64,000 nucleotides of DNA from Candidatus Dormiibacterota bacterium (GTDB lineage Bacteria; Chloroflexota; Dormibacteria; Aeolococcales; Aeolococcaceae), in contig CAVPXI010000005.1 of the NCBI GenBank assembly GCA_963709585.1, forward strand, positions 128,001 through 192,000, in the 5' to 3' direction. The translations under genes and the position numbers were made by a program. Below, piece by piece: positions 1 to 10,902 of the stretch. How positions within the stretch are numbered: position 1 is the first letter of the stretch; every line of letters starts with the position of its first letter. A model generated the notes under the pieces. The model had not been told where the DNA came from and did not search any database. It saw only the letters and a program-made list of their open reading frames with translations.

Positions 1-725
1 TCCGCGACCGCCGATCCCAGGCGGCGAACGTTCACGATGCGATCGTGTTCGGCGACGAGGATCAGGGTCGGACGTCCCGAACCGCGAACCTGGGCAAGGT
101 CGTTTCGCTGCAACGCGTCGTGCAGCCATTCGCGCGCGGCGCGTGGATCCGCGAGCACCTGGTTGTCGAAGTTGACCTTGGCGGCGACGGGGTCGACGGC
201 CTTGCCTTCCACCATGAGCCGTTTGTAGATGTCGCTCATGGTCCGCTGGTGTGCGAGCCACACGATCCCCGGGTAGACGATCGGCGCCAGCATGAAACCA
301 ACCTGGATGTGGAACGAGCGCCGCACCAGCCACGGGGCCACCAGCGGGGTGTGCAGGATGAGACGCTCGGTCGCCTGCGGACGGGCGCGCTGGACCGCAA
401 GCGCGACCGGGGTGCCGAGGCACAGCCCCGCGACGTCGAAGTGGTCCGCACCGGCGTCGCCGGCGGCGGCGAGGGCGGCCCGCGCCAGCGCGGGAGCGGT
501 GTGCCCTCCATCCAACGGCGTCGAGCGTCCGAAGCCGGGCAGGTCCGGCGCGATGATCGTGCGCCGCTGCAGGAGGATGTCGAACCAGTCGTTGAAATTC
601 TCTGCCGATCCTATGAACCCGTGACACAGCAGCAGCGGCGGTCCGGCCCCTCCGGTCAGGTAGCGCAGGCGCTTGCCATCGTGTGTCGTGAAACGTTCTT
701 CGAGCCCGTTCACGGCAGCGTTCAC
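1..725 (-). CDS. Alpha/beta-fold hydrolase (3' end beyond window edge)
   Basis: Not in the ORF track. Manual translation gives ...GPPLLLCHGFIGSAENF...IIAPDLPGFGRS...VAGLCLGTPVA...PTLILVAEHDRIV. The GTG start at 725 overlaps the ALDH stop (GTGA). Confidence 0.85.
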   Translation of the reverse strand, partial: MNAAVNGLEERFTTHDGKRLRYLTGGAGPPLLLCHGFIGSAENFNDWFDILLQRRTIIAPDLPGFGRSTPLDGGHTAPALARAALAAAGDAGADHFDVAGLCLGTPVALAVQRARPQATERLILHTPLVAPWLVRRSFHIQVGFMLAPIVYPGIVWLAHQRTMSDIYKRLMVEGKAVDPVAAKVNFDNQVLADPRAAREWLHDALQRNDLAQVRGSGRPTLILVAEHDRIVNVRRLGSAVA

Positions 726-2223
726 TCAGTGTCGATCTGCGCGCGCTGGAGGCGTCCGCTGTAGTCGATGTACACGGACTTCCATTCGCTGAACTCGTCG
801 AGCACGTGGCCCCCCGCTTCGCGGTGGCCGTTGCCGGTATTGCGAGTTCCGCCGAACGGAAGTTGGATCTCCGCGCCGATGGTTGGAGCGTTGATGTAGA
901 CGATGCCCGAATGGAGCTCGTTGATCGCGTGAAAGGCGGTGCGCAGGTCGTTGGTGTACACGCTGAGGCTGAGCCCGTATTGGGTTGAGTTGGCCGCGGC
1001 GATCGCATCCTCCATCGAACCGACGGGGATGATCACCGTCGTGGGTCCGAAGATCTCCTCCTGGGCGATACGCATCGCGGGCGTGACGTCGCCGAATACC
1101 GTCGGACGGTAGAACCATCCCTTGGCAAGCGCTCCTTCGGTTGCGATCTCGCCACCGAGGAGAAGCGACGCGCCCTCGCCCTTGCCGATCTCCGTGTACG
1201 AATGGATGCGCCGCAGCTGCGTTTCGTTGATCACCGGTCCGACGTCGACCTTCTCATCGAGTCCATCGCCGAGGCGGAGGTGCGAGGCGCGCTCGACGAG
1301 CCGCGTCGTGAAACGATCGAGCGCGCCATGTTCGACGATCAACCGCGATGAGGCGGTGCAGCGCTGTCCGGCGGTGCCGAATGCTCCCCAGAGCGCTCCG
1401 TCCACCGCGAGCTCGACATCGGCGTCGTCGAGCACCACGATCGCGTTCTTGCCGCCCAGCTCGAGCGAGCACTTCTTGAGCATCCTGCCGCACGTCTCGG
1501 ACACGATCCGACCGGTGTCGACACTTCCCGTGAAGTAGATGGCGGCGACGTCGGGGTGCGCGACCAGCGCCGCTCCCGCCTCCTCACCGAAGCCGAAGAC
1601 GACGTTGACCACGCCTACGGGGAGCCCCGCGTCCTCGAGCGCTTCCACGAAGCGTAGCGCGCAGAGCGGCGTGTCCTCGGCGGGCTTGATCACCACGGCG
1701 TTGCCGGCCATGATCGCCGGGAAGATCTTCCAGGAAGGGATGGCGATCGGGAAGTTCCACGGCGTGATACAGCCGACGACGCCGAACGGCTGGCGCATGG
1801 TCATCGCCCACTTGTCGCGCAGCTCGCTCGGCACCGTCTCGCCGAATGCGCGGCGACCCTCGCCGGCGATGAACTTCCCCATGTCGATCGCTTCCTGAAC
1901 GTCGCCCCGAGCCTCGGTGAGCACCTTGCCCATCTCCCGGGTCATGAGCTGCGCGAGCGCTTCCTTGCGGTCTTCGAGAAGCTCGGCGGCGCGCAGGATG
2001 ATCGCGGCCCGGGACGGCCAAGGCGTCCGCCGCCAGGCGTCGAACGCCTCGCGGGCGGCGGCGACCGCGGCGTCCACATCGGCGGCATCGCTGCGGGGAA
2101 ACACGCCGACGACGTCAGCGCTGTTCGCCGGGTTGCGGGATTCGAAGGTGCGCCCGAGCCGGCCGGCCGGAAGGCGCCGCTGATCAGGTTTCCGACCTCG
2201 AGGGCCGCGTCGACGACGGTCAC
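722..2223 (-). CDS. NAD(P)-dependent aldehyde dehydrogenase (frameshift near 2152)
   Basis: Motifs [25 protein letters not shown] and EEIFGP. The N-terminus [16 protein letters not shown] joins [10 protein letters not shown] after a 1-nt shift. The start overlaps the aminotransferase stop. Confidence 0.93.
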
Positions 2224-3524
2224 GCCGCGGCCTCCGCCCGCATGGCGGCTTCGAGGATGTCCAGGCCGGCCTCCAGCTCGGATTCCGGGATCGTCAACGG
2301 CGGGACCAACCTGATCACGTTCCCATCGATACCACACGAGAGCAAAAGCAAGCCGCGGGCGAGCGCGTTGGCTGCGATGCGGTCCACGAGGCCGGTCGCG
2401 GGAGCGTTCCCCTGCATGAACTCGAGGCCGATCATCATGCCAAGGCCGCGCACATCCGCAAGCGCGGGAATGGCGGTCTGCCACCCGCGCGCACGTTCCA
2501 TGACACGGCGGCCGAGCCGGTCCGCCCGCTCCGGGATCCGGTCCCGCGTCATCGTCTCGATGACCGCGACCGCAGCCGCGCAGGCAACCGCGTTGCCGCC
2601 GTAGGTGCTGCCGTGCTCGCCCTGGTGGAATGCGCTCATCACGCGATGTCCCCCGACCATTGCGGCGATGGGCATGCCGTTGCCGAGCGCTTTGGCCAGG
2701 CACATGATGTCCGGCGCCACTCCGCTGTGATCGACCGCGAACATCTTCCCGGTGCGACCGAAGCCGCTCTGCACCTCGTCGGCAACCAGCAGGATCCCGT
2801 GCTCGTCGCACACGCGACGGAGCATGGGCATGAACGATGCCGGCGGCACGACGTACCCGCCTTCGCCCTGGACCGGCTCGACGATGATCGCCGCCACGGT
2901 CTCGGGAGCGGTGGTGGTGGCGAAGAGGAGCTGCAGCTCGCGCTCGACCAGCTCGCAGACGTCGTCCTTCGGGTGCGTGCAGTAGCGAAAGCAATACGGA
3001 TACCGGATGTGGTGGACCCCGGGCAGCAGCGGTCCCATGCCCCGGCGGTAGGTGGCCTTACTCGCGGTGAGCGAGAGCGCCCCGTACGTTCGCCCGTGGA
3101 AGCCGCCGACGAACGCGATGAAGTCGCTGCGCCCGGTTGCCCGCCGGGCCAGCTTCATCGCACTCTCCACCGCTTCGGCGCCCGAGTTGGTGAAGAAGAC
3201 CTGGTCGAGCGACGGCGGCGTGATCGAGACGAGCGCGGCACCGGCCTCGATCATCTTCGGATGGAAGGCGGTGACAGACGTATGCCAGAGACGATCGACC
3301 TGCTCGTGCACCGCGGCCACCACGGCTGGATGGCGGTGCCCGAGGTTGTTGACACCGATGCCGCAGCCGAAGTCCAGCACGTCGCGACCGTCGACCGTGT
3401 GCAGATGCGCGCCCTCGGCGGTCTCGACGACCAGGTCCGAGTAGCGGTGGTAGGCGGGAGAGATCAGCTCGGCGTCGCGCTCGCGCCACGTCGCCGCATC
3501 CGCGGCCGCCGGAATGCCGCTCAC
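2220..3524 (-). CDS. Class III PLP aminotransferase (4-aminobutyrate/5-aminovalerate aminotransferase-like)
   Basis: Motifs NSGAEAVE, FHGRT, EPVQGEGG, DEVQSGFGRTG, AKALGNG and STYGGN. Confidence 0.92.
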   Translation of the reverse strand: MSGIPAAADAATWRERDAELISPAYHRYSDLVVETAEGAHLHTVDGRDVLDFGCGIGVNNLGHRHPAVVAAVHEQVDRLWHTSVTAFHPKMIEAGAALVSITPPSLDQVFFTNSGAEAVESAMKLARRATGRSDFIAFVGGFHGRTYGALSLTASKATYRRGMGPLLPGVHHIRYPYCFRYCTHPKDDVCELVERELQLLFATTTAPETVAAIIVEPVQGEGGYVVPPASFMPMLRRVCDEHGILLVADEVQSGFGRTGKMFAVDHSGVAPDIMCLAKALGNGMPIAAMVGGHRVMSAFHQGEHGSTYGGNAVACAAAVAVIETMTRDRIPERADRLGRRVMERARGWQTAIPALADVRGLGMMIGLEFMQGNAPATGLVDRIAANALARGLLLLSCGIDGNVIRLVPPLTIPESELEAGLDILEAAMRAEAAA

Positions 3525-4246
3525 GACCCGGAGGTGGCGGTTGCGGGCCCGGAGGGCGATGCGGCGGCACTCCGCACCCCGACCTTGCCGAGGGCGAGGA
3601 AGCCGCCGAACATGATCGCGATCCCCGCGGCCTCATACGCCCCGAGGACGTCGAGGTTGGCGATGCCGACGGTCTTGGCCGCCGAGAAGCCGACCGCGAT
3701 GATCAAGGCCCCGGCGGTGAGCAGGACGTTGCAGATGACCCGGTCGATGCCCGCCCGGTCGCGAATGAATCGATACGCAGACCAAGCGGATCCACCCACC
3801 AGCACCAGCGTCCCGAGGATGTTGAGGAAGACCACGCCAATGAAGAGCAGCGAGCCCTGCTGAATGGCGTCGCCGAGTACCCCCTTGGCAGTGGTCAGCT
3901 TGGCGGCGTCGACCGGGATCACCGCCGCGTCGACCGCCAGGACGATGGTGATCGCCCCGAGCACGATGGCGCAGGCCCACGCCACGCGCCGAGGTGCCAG
4001 GAGAAATATGGTGCCGAGCGCCAGATAGATGACTCCGAGCACGCCGCCGAGGAGATAGAAGCCGCGGAACACCGCCGGCGACCAACCGCCCGTCTCTCCG
4101 GCCGCCTGGAACGCGGCCGCGCCGGCGAAGATGAGAAGTCCGAGGGTCCAGGCCGCGAACGCGGGACGCCGGCTGCGGAGGAACCTGAGGAAAACGACCA
4201 CCGCAAACGCTGCACTCAATCCACTCGCAACAGCAGCGAACACCAT
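3521..4246 (-). CDS. Hypothetical multi-pass membrane protein
   Basis: About 7 hydrophobic segments. ATG at 4246 lies 7 nt after a TAGGAT -10-like hexamer. The stop overlaps the aminotransferase start. Confidence 0.8.
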   Translation of the reverse strand: MVFAAVASGLSAAFAVVVFLRFLRSRRPAFAAWTLGLLIFAGAAAFQAAGETGGWSPAVFRGFYLLGGVLGVIYLALGTIFLLAPRRVAWACAIVLGAITIVLAVDAAVIPVDAAKLTTAKGVLGDAIQQGSLLFIGVVFLNILGTLVLVGGSAWSAYRFIRDRAGIDRVICNVLLTAGALIIAVGFSAAKTVGIANLDVLGAYEAAGIAIMFGGFLALGKVGVRSAAASPSGPATATSGS

Positions 4247-4330
4247 AAAGATGATCCTAGCGAGGTTGAGAGGCTCCTTGGATTTGCCGTGGATTGCGCT
4301 TGCTTGCCGCAGGCTAGTTCCAATGGGCGA

Positions 4331-4360
4331 TTGACAACCAGTCGTGCCCGAGTGTACACA
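4331..4360 (+). promoter_or_regulatory. Sigma70-type promoter of the liv operon
   Basis: TTGACA(4331)-N18-TACACA(4355). GAGGAG SD precedes ATG 4408. Confidence 0.6.
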
Positions 4361-4407
4361 GACAGCCTCACCAGCCATTGCCTCGCAGAGAGAGGAGAAC
4401 CCAGCAC

Positions 4408-5715
4408 ATGGTCAAGCCCACCAAAGGGGTCTTGTCGATCGCTTCAATCGCCGCACTAGGCGTATTAGCCGCCTGCGGGACAAGCACGACCAGCGGCACG
4501 ACCACCGGTTGCACCGGTTCGGTGACGGTTGCCACCGAGCTGCCCACCAGCGGCGGCGACGCCTCTGACGGGCTGCCGACGCAGTACGGGGCGCAGCTGG
4601 CCGTCGACCAGGCCAACGCCAACCATCTGCTGGGCGGAAGCTGCACGGTCAACCTCATCAGCAAGGACGACGCGTCGGTCGCTCTGGGCAAGCACGACCC
4701 GAACCTCGGTGCGGCGAACATGAGCGCACTGGCTGCGAACGCCGCAGTTGTTGGCGTGGTCGGAGCCTTCAACTCGGTTGTCTGCGAGGCGGAGGCGCCG
4801 ATCGCGAATCAGGCGGACCTCGTTATGATCAGCCCATCCTGCACCAACCCCGGTATCACCCAGGTTGGCGCGGACCCGACTGTTCACACGCTCTCGTTGC
4901 GGCCAACCGGCAAGATCACGTTCTTCCGGGTCTGCACCACCGACACGGAGCAGGGCGCAGGTCTTGCTCTAGAAGCGAAGTCTCTCAACGCCACGAAGGC
5001 GTACGTCTTCGACGATCAGGAGTTGTATGGCCTGGGGCTGGCGACCGAGTTCACCAAGGACTTCACTGCCGGCGGCGGCACGGTCGTGGGCCATCAGAGC
5101 CTGCCTGGAACGACGACGTCCTTCACCAGCTACCTGCAGCAGGCGAAGAGCCTTGGCGCGGACCTGATCTTCTTCGGCGGCACCTCGAGCAACGGCGGCG
5201 GCATCATTCGCCAGCAAATGTCCGATCCCACGGTTGGGATGGGCAGCGTTAACTTCATCGGCGGCGACGGCATTTCTGACAACCTGTTCCTCACCCAGGC
5301 GGGCAAGACCGCTAATGGCGTGTACTACACGGTCGCCGCGCCGTTCCTTACCCAGATCTCCTCGGCGGCAACGTTCCTGACTCAATACAAGGCATCCAAG
5401 TACGCGACCTCGTCCAACGGCCTCGTCGGCGGACAGGTGTACGCGTACACGGCCAATGCGTACGACGCCATGAACATCATCCTGAAGGCGATCAAGGAAG
5501 CCATATCCGCAAACGGTGGAACCATCCCAGGCAACCCGCAAACGTTCCGTGCGTCGGTGCGGGCGGACGTGGCCTCCATCCAGTACGCGGGCGTGATCGG
5601 AAACACGGCCTTCACGAGCGTCGGCGACACGACCAACGTCGCGTTGACGCTGTACCAGATTCAAAACGGCGCCGCGGTAGCCACCAAGGCGCTGAGCGTC
5701 ACCGCCGCCGGCTAG
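4408..5715 (+). CDS. livK: Branched-chain amino acid ABC transporter substrate-binding lipoprotein
   Basis: Lipobox LAAC. Motifs VVGVVGAFNS, ISPSCTNP, FFRVCTTD, YGLGLA and AYDAMNII. Confidence 0.9.
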   Translation: MVKPTKGVLSIASIAALGVLAACGTSTTSGTTTGCTGSVTVATELPTSGGDASDGLPTQYGAQLAVDQANANHLLGGSCTVNLISKDDASVALGKHDPNLGAANMSALAANAAVVGVVGAFNSVVCEAEAPIANQADLVMISPSCTNPGITQVGADPTVHTLSLRPTGKITFFRVCTTDTEQGAGLALEAKSLNATKAYVFDDQELYGLGLATEFTKDFTAGGGTVVGHQSLPGTTTSFTSYLQQAKSLGADLIFFGGTSSNGGGIIRQQMSDPTVGMGSVNFIGGDGISDNLFLTQAGKTANGVYYTVAAPFLTQISSAATFLTQYKASKYATSSNGLVGGQVYAYTANAYDAMNIILKAIKEAISANGGTIPGNPQTFRASVRADVASIQYAGVIGNTAFTSVGDTTNVALTLYQIQNGAAVATKALSVTAAG

Positions 5716-5744
5716 GAAGCGGAACACACAGCCACGTGAACAAG

Positions 5745-5780
5745 AACGGCGGGAGGCACAGCCTCCCGCCGTTTCCGTTT
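5745..5780 (+). terminator. Stem-loop after livK (terminator or mRNA stabiliser)
   Basis: AACGGCGGGAGGC-ACA-GCCTCCCGCCGTT, a perfect 13-bp stem followed by TCCGTTT. Confidence 0.7.
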
Positions 5781-5797
5781 GACGCTGAGGATCGCGG

Positions 5798-6913
5798 ATG
5801 AGCCCGCCTCCAGACGACGCCGGCGAGGCCGTCCTCATTCAGCCCGGCTCGGCTGCCCCGCTGCGGCCGACCCTGCGCGGCATCTCATTTCCCGCCATTG
5901 CGGTCACGATCCTCGTCGCCCTGGTGGTCATCTCGGTGGCGAAGAACGGCGGCACCGAGACCGGGGATCAGATCCTTACAGGGCTGCAGGTCGGCGCCAT
6001 CTATGCCCTCATCGCCGTCGGGTACACCATGGTCTACGGGATCATCGAGCTGATCAACTTCGCCCACGGCGACGTCTTCACGCTCAGTGCCTTCTACGCC
6101 ATCATCATCGTGGCCTGGTCGGATGACCTCCACCTCCCCATCGACGGACTGGCGACGCAGCACGGCATCCTCGGCCTCGTCGCGGCGATCGCCATCCTCA
6201 TCACCCTCACGATGATCGCCACCGGCCTCACCGGGGTTGCGATCGAACGTCTCGCGTATCGCCGGCTACGCAACTCCCCGCGCCTCGCCGCGCTCATCAC
6301 CGCGATCGGGATGTCGTTCCTGCTCGAGGGCATCATGTTCGCCTTCTTCGTCCCGCCGGGCGGCCTCGGCGGCAGCTATCCGACCGGCATGGACTCCTGG
6401 ATCAGCGGCATCGCATTCACCGTCGGCGGCGTCGTCTTCGACTGGGGCGACATCTTCGTCATCGTGGCGGCGGTCCTCTTGATGGTCGGGGTGCAGCGCT
6501 ACATCCAGTCGAGCAGGCTCGGCAAGGCGATGCGCGCCTCCGCGCAGGACCGCGACGCTGCATTGATCTGCGGCATCAACATCAACCGAACCATCGCTGC
6601 AACGTTCTTCATCGGCTCGGCGCTGGCGGCCGCCGGTGGTGTCGTCTATGCCACCCACTATCACACCATCCTGTGGAGCCAGGGCTATCGGTTCGGCATT
6701 GTCGCTTTCACCGCAGCAGTCCTCGGGGGCATCGGCAACATCGTCGGCGCGGGCATCGGTGGGTTTCTCATCGGGCTCGTCGAGGTGTTCTCCGCCTCGT
6801 TGCTCCCCAACGGCGGCGGCTGGAGCGACGCCATCATCTTCGCGATCCTGATCCTGATTCTCACTCTCCGGCCGTCGGGCCTTCTCGGGGTTCGGGTGCC
6901 CGACCGTGCCTGA
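5798..6913 (+). CDS. livH: BCAA ABC transporter permease
   Basis: Motifs YALIAVGYTMVYGIIELINFAHG, GKAMRASAQD and FTAAVLGGIG. Confidence 0.93.
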   Translation: MSPPPDDAGEAVLIQPGSAAPLRPTLRGISFPAIAVTILVALVVISVAKNGGTETGDQILTGLQVGAIYALIAVGYTMVYGIIELINFAHGDVFTLSAFYAIIIVAWSDDLHLPIDGLATQHGILGLVAAIAILITLTMIATGLTGVAIERLAYRRLRNSPRLAALITAIGMSFLLEGIMFAFFVPPGGLGGSYPTGMDSWISGIAFTVGGVVFDWGDIFVIVAAVLLMVGVQRYIQSSRLGKAMRASAQDRDAALICGININRTIAATFFIGSALAAAGGVVYATHYHTILWSQGYRFGIVAFTAAVLGGIGNIVGAGIGGFLIGLVEVFSASLLPNGGGWSDAIIFAILILILTLRPSGLLGVRVPDRA

Positions 6914-8540
6914 CGAGGTGATCGAGAGCACGGTCCCCCAGGACGTCGCGGTGGCAGCCCCCGACGATGTCGCCATGGAGATCCTGGGGGCCACTGCTGA
7001 CGCCAAGCGCGAAGAGACCGGCGTGCTCTGGGTCATCGCGCTATCGGGCATCGCCCTGATCGTGTGCGGCTGGTTCCTGCCGTGGTACGTCGAACTGACG
7101 AGCAACGGCATTGGTTTCAGCCCGATGGACGCGGTGCTCAACTTCACCGGGATCGGCACCATCCTTCTGTACGTGGTCGGCCTCGGAATGCTCAGCATCC
7201 TCGGCGGAGCGCTCTACGACATCTTCTGCATCGCGACCCATCGCGGAACTCCGTTTCGCTATTCCAGGCTGCGTGCCGTCATCGCCCTCTGCGGCGTTGC
7301 CGCCGTTACCGCCATCTCCATTCTGATCGGCGTTCTCCACGAGGAACGGCTCTTTGGAAACCTCTCGCCCTTCTCGGTCACGGACAACGCCGTGTGGATG
7401 ACGCTGACGGGCTTTGCGCTGTGCGCATTCGCGTACGGTCTGCGCGGGTGGATCAGCCACCACGGGGGAATCGCTTTCACCGCGGTCGCTTTCGCGGTCG
7501 GCGCCGCGTTCCCGATGATCTTCAACCAGTCCGCAGATTTCGTGGGCTGGGGAGCGCGTTTCGCCGCCATCTATGTGCTGCTCGCTCTTGGCCTCAACGT
7601 GGTGGTCGGATTCGCAGGGTTGCTGGACCTCGGATACGCCGCGTTCTTTGCCATCGGCGCCTACACGACGGCCGCCCTGTCAGGACCGCACTACGGGCTG
7701 CACCTTCCCTTCTGGGTGATCATCTTTCTCGGGGCGGCGGTGGCATCGCTCTTCGGCGCAGTCCTTGGCGCCCCGACGTTGCGCCTGCGCGGCGACTACC
7801 TCGCCATCGTGACGCTCGGGTTCGGCGAGATCATCCCGGACCTCGCGACCAACAACGTCTTCGGCGCCACCGGTGGTCCGAACGGACTGCAGGCGTACCC
7901 GGCGTCTTTCGGCAGTTTCAACCTCGCGCAGCTCGGCGCCATCCCCGCGAACACCAAGTTCTACTTCTGGATGCTCCTCGTGCTGGTGGCGCTCGTCGTG
8001 GTGGCGCTGCGTAACCTGGAGCGGTCACGCCTCGGGCGTGCCTGGGTCGCGATCCGTGAGGACGAGATCGCTGCCGCGGCCACGGGTATCAACACGGTGA
8101 GCACGAAGCTGCTGGCCTTCGCGATCGGCGCATCCGTCAGCGGTTTCGCGGGCGCGTTCTTCGGTGCGATGCTCGGCATCGTCGCGCCGGAAAACTTCCA
8201 GTTTGCGGTATCGGTCACCGTGCTGAGCACGGTGGTGCTCGGCGGCATCGGCAACATCGCCGGGGTGGCGGTGGGTGCGATACTCATCGCCTTTCTCATC
8301 AACTGGGTGCTGCCGTACATGACGGAGTGGACCACGACGCTCTCTCGTGTGACTGGCGCCACGCAGCTTGCAGGCGTTGACTTTAGCCGCTACCAGTACA
8401 TGTTCTACGGCTTGGTCCTCATCGGGATCATGCTGCTTCGACCGGCCGGGTTGCTGCCAAGTCGCGCTCGTAAGGTGGAGCTGGTCGCGCCGTCGGAGTC
8501 GGAGACGGAATCGCTTGCTGCGTTACAGGGAAAGGCGTGA
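6906..8540 (+). CDS. livM: BCAA ABC transporter permease with N-terminal membrane extension
   Basis: Motifs LGLNVVVGFAGLLDLGYAAFFAIG, LRLRGDYLAIVTLGFGEI and GRAWVAIREDE. Confidence 0.92.
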   Translation: MPDEVIESTVPQDVAVAAPDDVAMEILGATADAKREETGVLWVIALSGIALIVCGWFLPWYVELTSNGIGFSPMDAVLNFTGIGTILLYVVGLGMLSILGGALYDIFCIATHRGTPFRYSRLRAVIALCGVAAVTAISILIGVLHEERLFGNLSPFSVTDNAVWMTLTGFALCAFAYGLRGWISHHGGIAFTAVAFAVGAAFPMIFNQSADFVGWGARFAAIYVLLALGLNVVVGFAGLLDLGYAAFFAIGAYTTAALSGPHYGLHLPFWVIIFLGAAVASLFGAVLGAPTLRLRGDYLAIVTLGFGEIIPDLATNNVFGATGGPNGLQAYPASFGSFNLAQLGAIPANTKFYFWMLLVLVALVVVALRNLERSRLGRAWVAIREDEIAAAATGINTVSTKLLAFAIGASVSGFAGAFFGAMLGIVAPENFQFAVSVTVLSTVVLGGIGNIAGVAVGAILIAFLINWVLPYMTEWTTTLSRVTGATQLAGVDFSRYQYMFYGLVLIGIMLLRPAGLLPSRARKVELVAPSESETESLAALQGKA

Positions 8541-9319
8541 GCGCGCTCCTGGAGATCGACGGCATCACCAAGGTTTTCGGCGGCCTCAGCGCGGTCTCGA
8601 ACGTGAGCTTCGAGGTGGAGGAGGGCGCGATCATCTCGATGATCGGACCGAATGGCGCAGGGAAAACGACGGCATTCAACTGCATCACCGGACTCTACCC
8701 TCTGAGCAGCGGCAACATTCGTTTCAAGGGCAAGAAGATCGCCGGCATGCCCCCGCATCGCATCACGCGGCTCGGCATCACACGGACATTCCAGAACATT
8801 CGCCTCTTCTCCTTCATGACTGCGGTCGACAACGTGATGGTGGGCGAGCATTCCCGCATGCACGCCAAGGTCTGGGACGCGGTCTTTCGAACGCCCAGCG
8901 AACGGCGTGAAGAGCGCGACGTCGAACAGCGGGCGCTCACCACGCTGCGCCGGCTGGGGATCGAGCGCTATGCCGATGCCTACGCGCGCAACCTTCCCTA
9001 CGGCCTGCAGCGCCGCCTCGAGATCGCGCGCGCACTGGCCAGCGGCCCGAGTCTCCTCCTCCTCGACGAACCCGCCGCGGGACTCAATCAACGCGAGAAA
9101 CGCGAGTTGATGGAGCTGATCGGCGAGCTCCGTGCAGGCGGCCTCACGATCTTTCTCATCGAGCACGACATGCGCGTGGTCATGGGGATCAGCGACCGGA
9201 TCGTGGTCCTGGATCATGGCGAGAAGATCGCCGAGGGTCCCCCGCAGGCGGTGCGCGAGAATCCCCGCGTCATCGAGGCGTACCTCGGAAGCGGAGCGAG
9301 TGAGATGCAGGTCTCATGA
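8537..9319 (+). CDS. livG: BCAA ABC transporter ATP-binding protein
   Basis: Motifs GPNGAGKT, RTFQNIRLF, LPYGLQRRLEIARAL, LDEPAAG and IEHDM. Confidence 0.95.
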   Translation: MSALLEIDGITKVFGGLSAVSNVSFEVEEGAIISMIGPNGAGKTTAFNCITGLYPLSSGNIRFKGKKIAGMPPHRITRLGITRTFQNIRLFSFMTAVDNVMVGEHSRMHAKVWDAVFRTPSERREERDVEQRALTTLRRLGIERYADAYARNLPYGLQRRLEIARALASGPSLLLLDEPAAGLNQREKRELMELIGELRAGGLTIFLIEHDMRVVMGISDRIVVLDHGEKIAEGPPQAVRENPRVIEAYLGSGASEMQVS

Positions 9320-10080
9320 CAGTGACCGCAACGCCGCCGGCGCACGAGAACGTCGGTCCGGCTTCGGCTGAACCGCTCCTCGAGCTGCGCGATCTCGACG
9401 TTTTCTACGGCCGTGTCCAGGTGCTGCACGGTGTGTCCCTCACCGTGGGCCAGGGCGAGATCGTGGCGCTCATCGGCAGCAACGGCGCGGGGAAGACAAC
9501 AACTCTGCGCACCATCAGCGGCCTGGTGCGCCCTGCGAAGGGCGAGGTGCGGCTCCGCGGCGCGCCGGTCCACACGCTGGGCGCCGAGCAGATAGCACGC
9601 CTCGGCGTGGCGCACGCTCCCGAGGGCCGCCGGCTCTTCTCGCGGATGACAGTTCGCGAGAACCTCGAGATGGGCGCTTACAGCAGGCGCGACAGACCAG
9701 GCATCCGCGAGGACATGGATCGCGTATTCAATCTCTTCCCCCGCCTCAGCGAACGGTCGACCCAGCTGTCCGGCAGCCTGAGCGGGGGCGAGCAGCAGAT
9801 GGTGGCCATCGGGAGGGCGCTGATGGGCCGGCCCTCGATCCTGTTGCTCGACGAGCCGTCGCTCGGTCTTGCCCCAGTGCTGGTCGACGCCATCTTCGAG
9901 GTGATCCGTGAGGTGAGCGCTAACGGGACAACGATCCTGCTCATCGAGCAGAACGCCCTGCTCGCACTCAAGACCGCAAGCCGCGGTTATGTGCTCGAAA
10001 CGGGGAACGTCGTGCTCTCGGGTCCATCGTCGGAGCTCATTGCGTCGCCCGATATCCAAAGAGCCTATCTCGGTATGTAA
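9316..10080 (+). CDS. livF: BCAA ABC transporter ATP-binding protein
   Basis: Motifs GSNGAGKT, PEGRRLF, LSGGEQQM, LDEPSLGLAP and IEQN. Confidence 0.95.
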   Translation: MTVTATPPAHENVGPASAEPLLELRDLDVFYGRVQVLHGVSLTVGQGEIVALIGSNGAGKTTTLRTISGLVRPAKGEVRLRGAPVHTLGAEQIARLGVAHAPEGRRLFSRMTVRENLEMGAYSRRDRPGIREDMDRVFNLFPRLSERSTQLSGSLSGGEQQMVAIGRALMGRPSILLLDEPSLGLAPVLVDAIFEVIREVSANGTTILLIEQNALLALKTASRGYVLETGNVVLSGPSSELIASPDIQRAYLGM

Positions 10081-10127
10081 TCCTCTCTGGAGGGAAACCA
10101 ACCAGACTTGGTTGACGTCAGAGGGAA

Positions 10128-10902
10128 GTGATGCCATCGATCGGCGAGACGACGCCGGCTTCCGGAGGTCCGAGCACCAGCCTCGACTCGTTGACGCCTC
10201 CGCCCGAAGAGACGCCAACCCGCGATTTCGTGGGATGGACCGCGCAGCCGGAACTTCGGAACAGCCGGCGGCTTTCGGTCGAGGTCACGCGCAAGGTATT
10301 GGCCACGGCGCTCGGGCTCGAGCCCGAGGTGCTCGCACACCTCGACGCCGCTCAGCTCCGAACAGCGCTCGACCGTCTCCGTGCTATGGCCGCGTACACC
10401 CACAAGCTCGCCGAGGTCGCTGCCACCGACGACCTCACCGGCGCGCTCCGGCGGAGTGCGGGACTTGCCGCCCTGCAGCGCGAGATCGACCGGTCCCGCC
10501 GCGTCGGCGGCAAGGGCATCGCGGTCATCTTCCTCGACGTCGACCGCCTCAAGCACGTGAACGACACCGAGGGTCACGCGGCCGGAGACCATGTTCTCGT
10601 CGAGGCCGTCGCCGCGATCCGCAAACGGGTTCGCTCGTACGACCTGGTCATCCGCTACGGTGGCGACGAGTTCCTGTGCGCCCTCGTCGACGTGGACCCC
10701 GCAGACGCCGAGAGCACGCTGGCTGACATCCGCCTCCAGTACACCGCGACGACCGGCCATTCCGTGAGCGTTGGTATGACCACCGTCGGCGACGCGGACA
10801 CCGCTGAACTCGGTGATCGCGAGGGCCGACGCAGCCCTGTATGCGGAACGGCGCAAACTCGAACGGCAAAGTCCGAGCCCCGCCGATCCAACACATTCCT
10901 GA
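10128..10902 (+). CDS. Diguanylate cyclase (GGDEF domain); frameshift near 10812
   Basis: Motifs DDLTG, DVDRLKHVNDTEGHAAGD, I-site RSYD and RYGGDEF. The shifted frame supplies VIARADAALYAERR and stops at 10902. Confidence 0.88.
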
